Of a DNA stretch of 32,000 nt, positions 31,217 to 32,000 are shown in pieces; within the stretch, counting starts at the first letter, position 1; each line of letters starts with the position of its first letter. Both the position numbers and the translations under genes were made by a program. The notes beneath the pieces were generated by a model that had not been told where the DNA came from, made no database searches, and worked only from the letters and a program-made list of their open reading frames with translations. Where the stretch lies: positions 630,001-662,000 of the forward strand of contig NZ_CP054059.1 in assembly GCF_021057185.1 (NCBI RefSeq). Direction: 5' to 3'. The DNA is from Candidatus Absconditicoccus praedator. GTDB lineage: Bacteria > Patescibacteriota > Gracilibacteria > Absconditabacterales > Absconditicoccaceae.

Positions 31217-32000
31217 TTAAAAGTTTTTTCATAATAATTCTATTCCAGTTCAAAATACTACTTGTTTAAGTCACTTAGTCTGTAATAATTCATTTGCCCA
31301 ATTAACACTTCATCAATCAGATATATCAGTATATATTCATCTGTCTCATTCTATAAAAATTGTAAATATTGTTCAACTATAATGCCCAATTCATGCAAGT
31401 CTTGAAAAATCTATTTCTATATTTGATATTAAAGACATATCTATATTATTTATCAGATTTTTGAAATAAATGTAATATTTTGAATCTTTGATATCATCTA
31501 TTCAAAATTTATATTTTTCATCTATGTTTAAATCCTTTAAAATATTAGAAGAAAATCAATTTCAGTATTCATTTCTATAGTTATATACTATTTGTTCAAC
31601 TTCTTGATTTTGTAATCAAAATTGTTCTTTTAATATTTTATATAAAATCATTCAATGTGATAATTGTATAGTAATTTTTCATATATTAAGTCAATTTTCT
31701 CTTAAATATTTTAAAAATTTTAAGTTGTTGTTTATTATTTCTGCAATTGATTTATCAAAATCTTCATTTGTAGTACCTTTTTTACAGATTTGTATTCAAG
31801 ATCAAGTTTTAAAATAGGGTAAATATAAAGGGTTTGAAAATTTTTGATTTCTTATTGAAGTAGAAATTGTAAATAATGAAACATCATTTTTATTTTCTTT
31901 TTTAAATCTACTTACTCATTCTAATGTTAAAGAATATGTTGGATCATTTATTAATTCAGAATTAAATCAGGTTGTAATTACTTTATAAGGAGAATTTTTT
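31217..32000 (-). CDS. Class-II aminoacyl-tRNA-synthetase-like protein of the HisRS/HisZ type, 5'-partial (260 aa seen), no anticodon-binding domain
   Basis: The frame from 31999 is TAA/TAG-free down to TAA 31217-31219. GKITIQLSHGMILYKILKEQFGL resembles the HisRS/HisZ l-x-l-G-H-x-g-i-l region. FSRLAGIGHYSGTIFTIF resembles motif 3 R-G-L-D-Y-Y-T-G-x-v-F-E. DGGSVN replaces GGRYD. The protein ends about 10 aa after GTGIELL. Confidence 0.4.

Noticed and set aside
1-32000. TGA read as tryptophan (table 4, Mycoplasma/Spiroplasma-type), which would also open the frames
   Set aside because: TGA sits on invariant glycines (GGEEF, G-x-G-G-H of RsmH, G-x-G-x-G of the methyltransferase, lipobox -1) and alternates with GGA/GGT between paralogs. 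TGG is separately used at Trp-like positions (WDIE, NPWIF).
1-32000. Window is non-coding, heavily pseudogenised, or uses selenocysteine or programmed read-through
   Set aside because: There are hundreds of in-frame TGAs across some 37 genes of unrelated families, each with full-length motif order intact and no TAA/TAG interruptions. This is incompatible with decay or with rare recoding events.

Overview
Main result: this strongly AT-rich window only makes sense if TGA is read as glycine (translation table 25, known from Candidatus Gracilibacteria and Absconditabacteria/SR1 of the candidate phyla radiation). The supplied standard-code ORF track shows almost no long ORFs. Long stretches are free of TAA/TAG yet full of in-frame TGA, and those TGAs sit on invariant glycines of recognisable families: RsmH DGTLGHGGH, GGDEF RYGGEEF, methyltransferase LDAGAGTG, S66 peptidase GYSDS, transposase DRG, and two lipoboxes L-x-G-C. 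I re-translated both strands by hand with TGA=Gly. Each start/stop pair was checked only for length divisible by 3.

This gives about 37 intact or window-truncated protein-coding calls plus two gene remnants, at high coding density.
- Plus strand: two very large unassignable proteins, then a leucine-rich-repeat (LRR) protein, an ion-channel-like protein and a GGDEF cyclase. Next come a lipoprotein, an LCP-family enzyme, an SPFH/stomatin protein, a TetR regulator and a PrgI-like protein, followed by rsmH with an FtsL-like gene and a phosphodiester glycosidase.
- Minus strand: a CadD-like membrane protein, a rhodanese lipoprotein, a lytic-transglycosylase-like protein, a tRNA-dihydrouridine synthase and a UPF0489 protein. 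Further along are a SAM methyltransferase, an S66 LD-carboxypeptidase and a HisRS/HisZ-like fragment.
- Two insertion sequences (IS1595-family and IS4-family), both written in the TGA=Gly code.
- At 25.4-29.2 kb, a tandemly duplicated two-gene module of uncharacterised coiled-coil proteins. Its promoters and 5' gene halves are near-identical, its 3' halves are strongly diverged, each gene carries a different 21-bp heptad repeat array, and one copy is truncated.

No rRNA, tRNA or CRISPR array was recognised. All functional calls rest on remembered family motifs; no database search or computation was possible.
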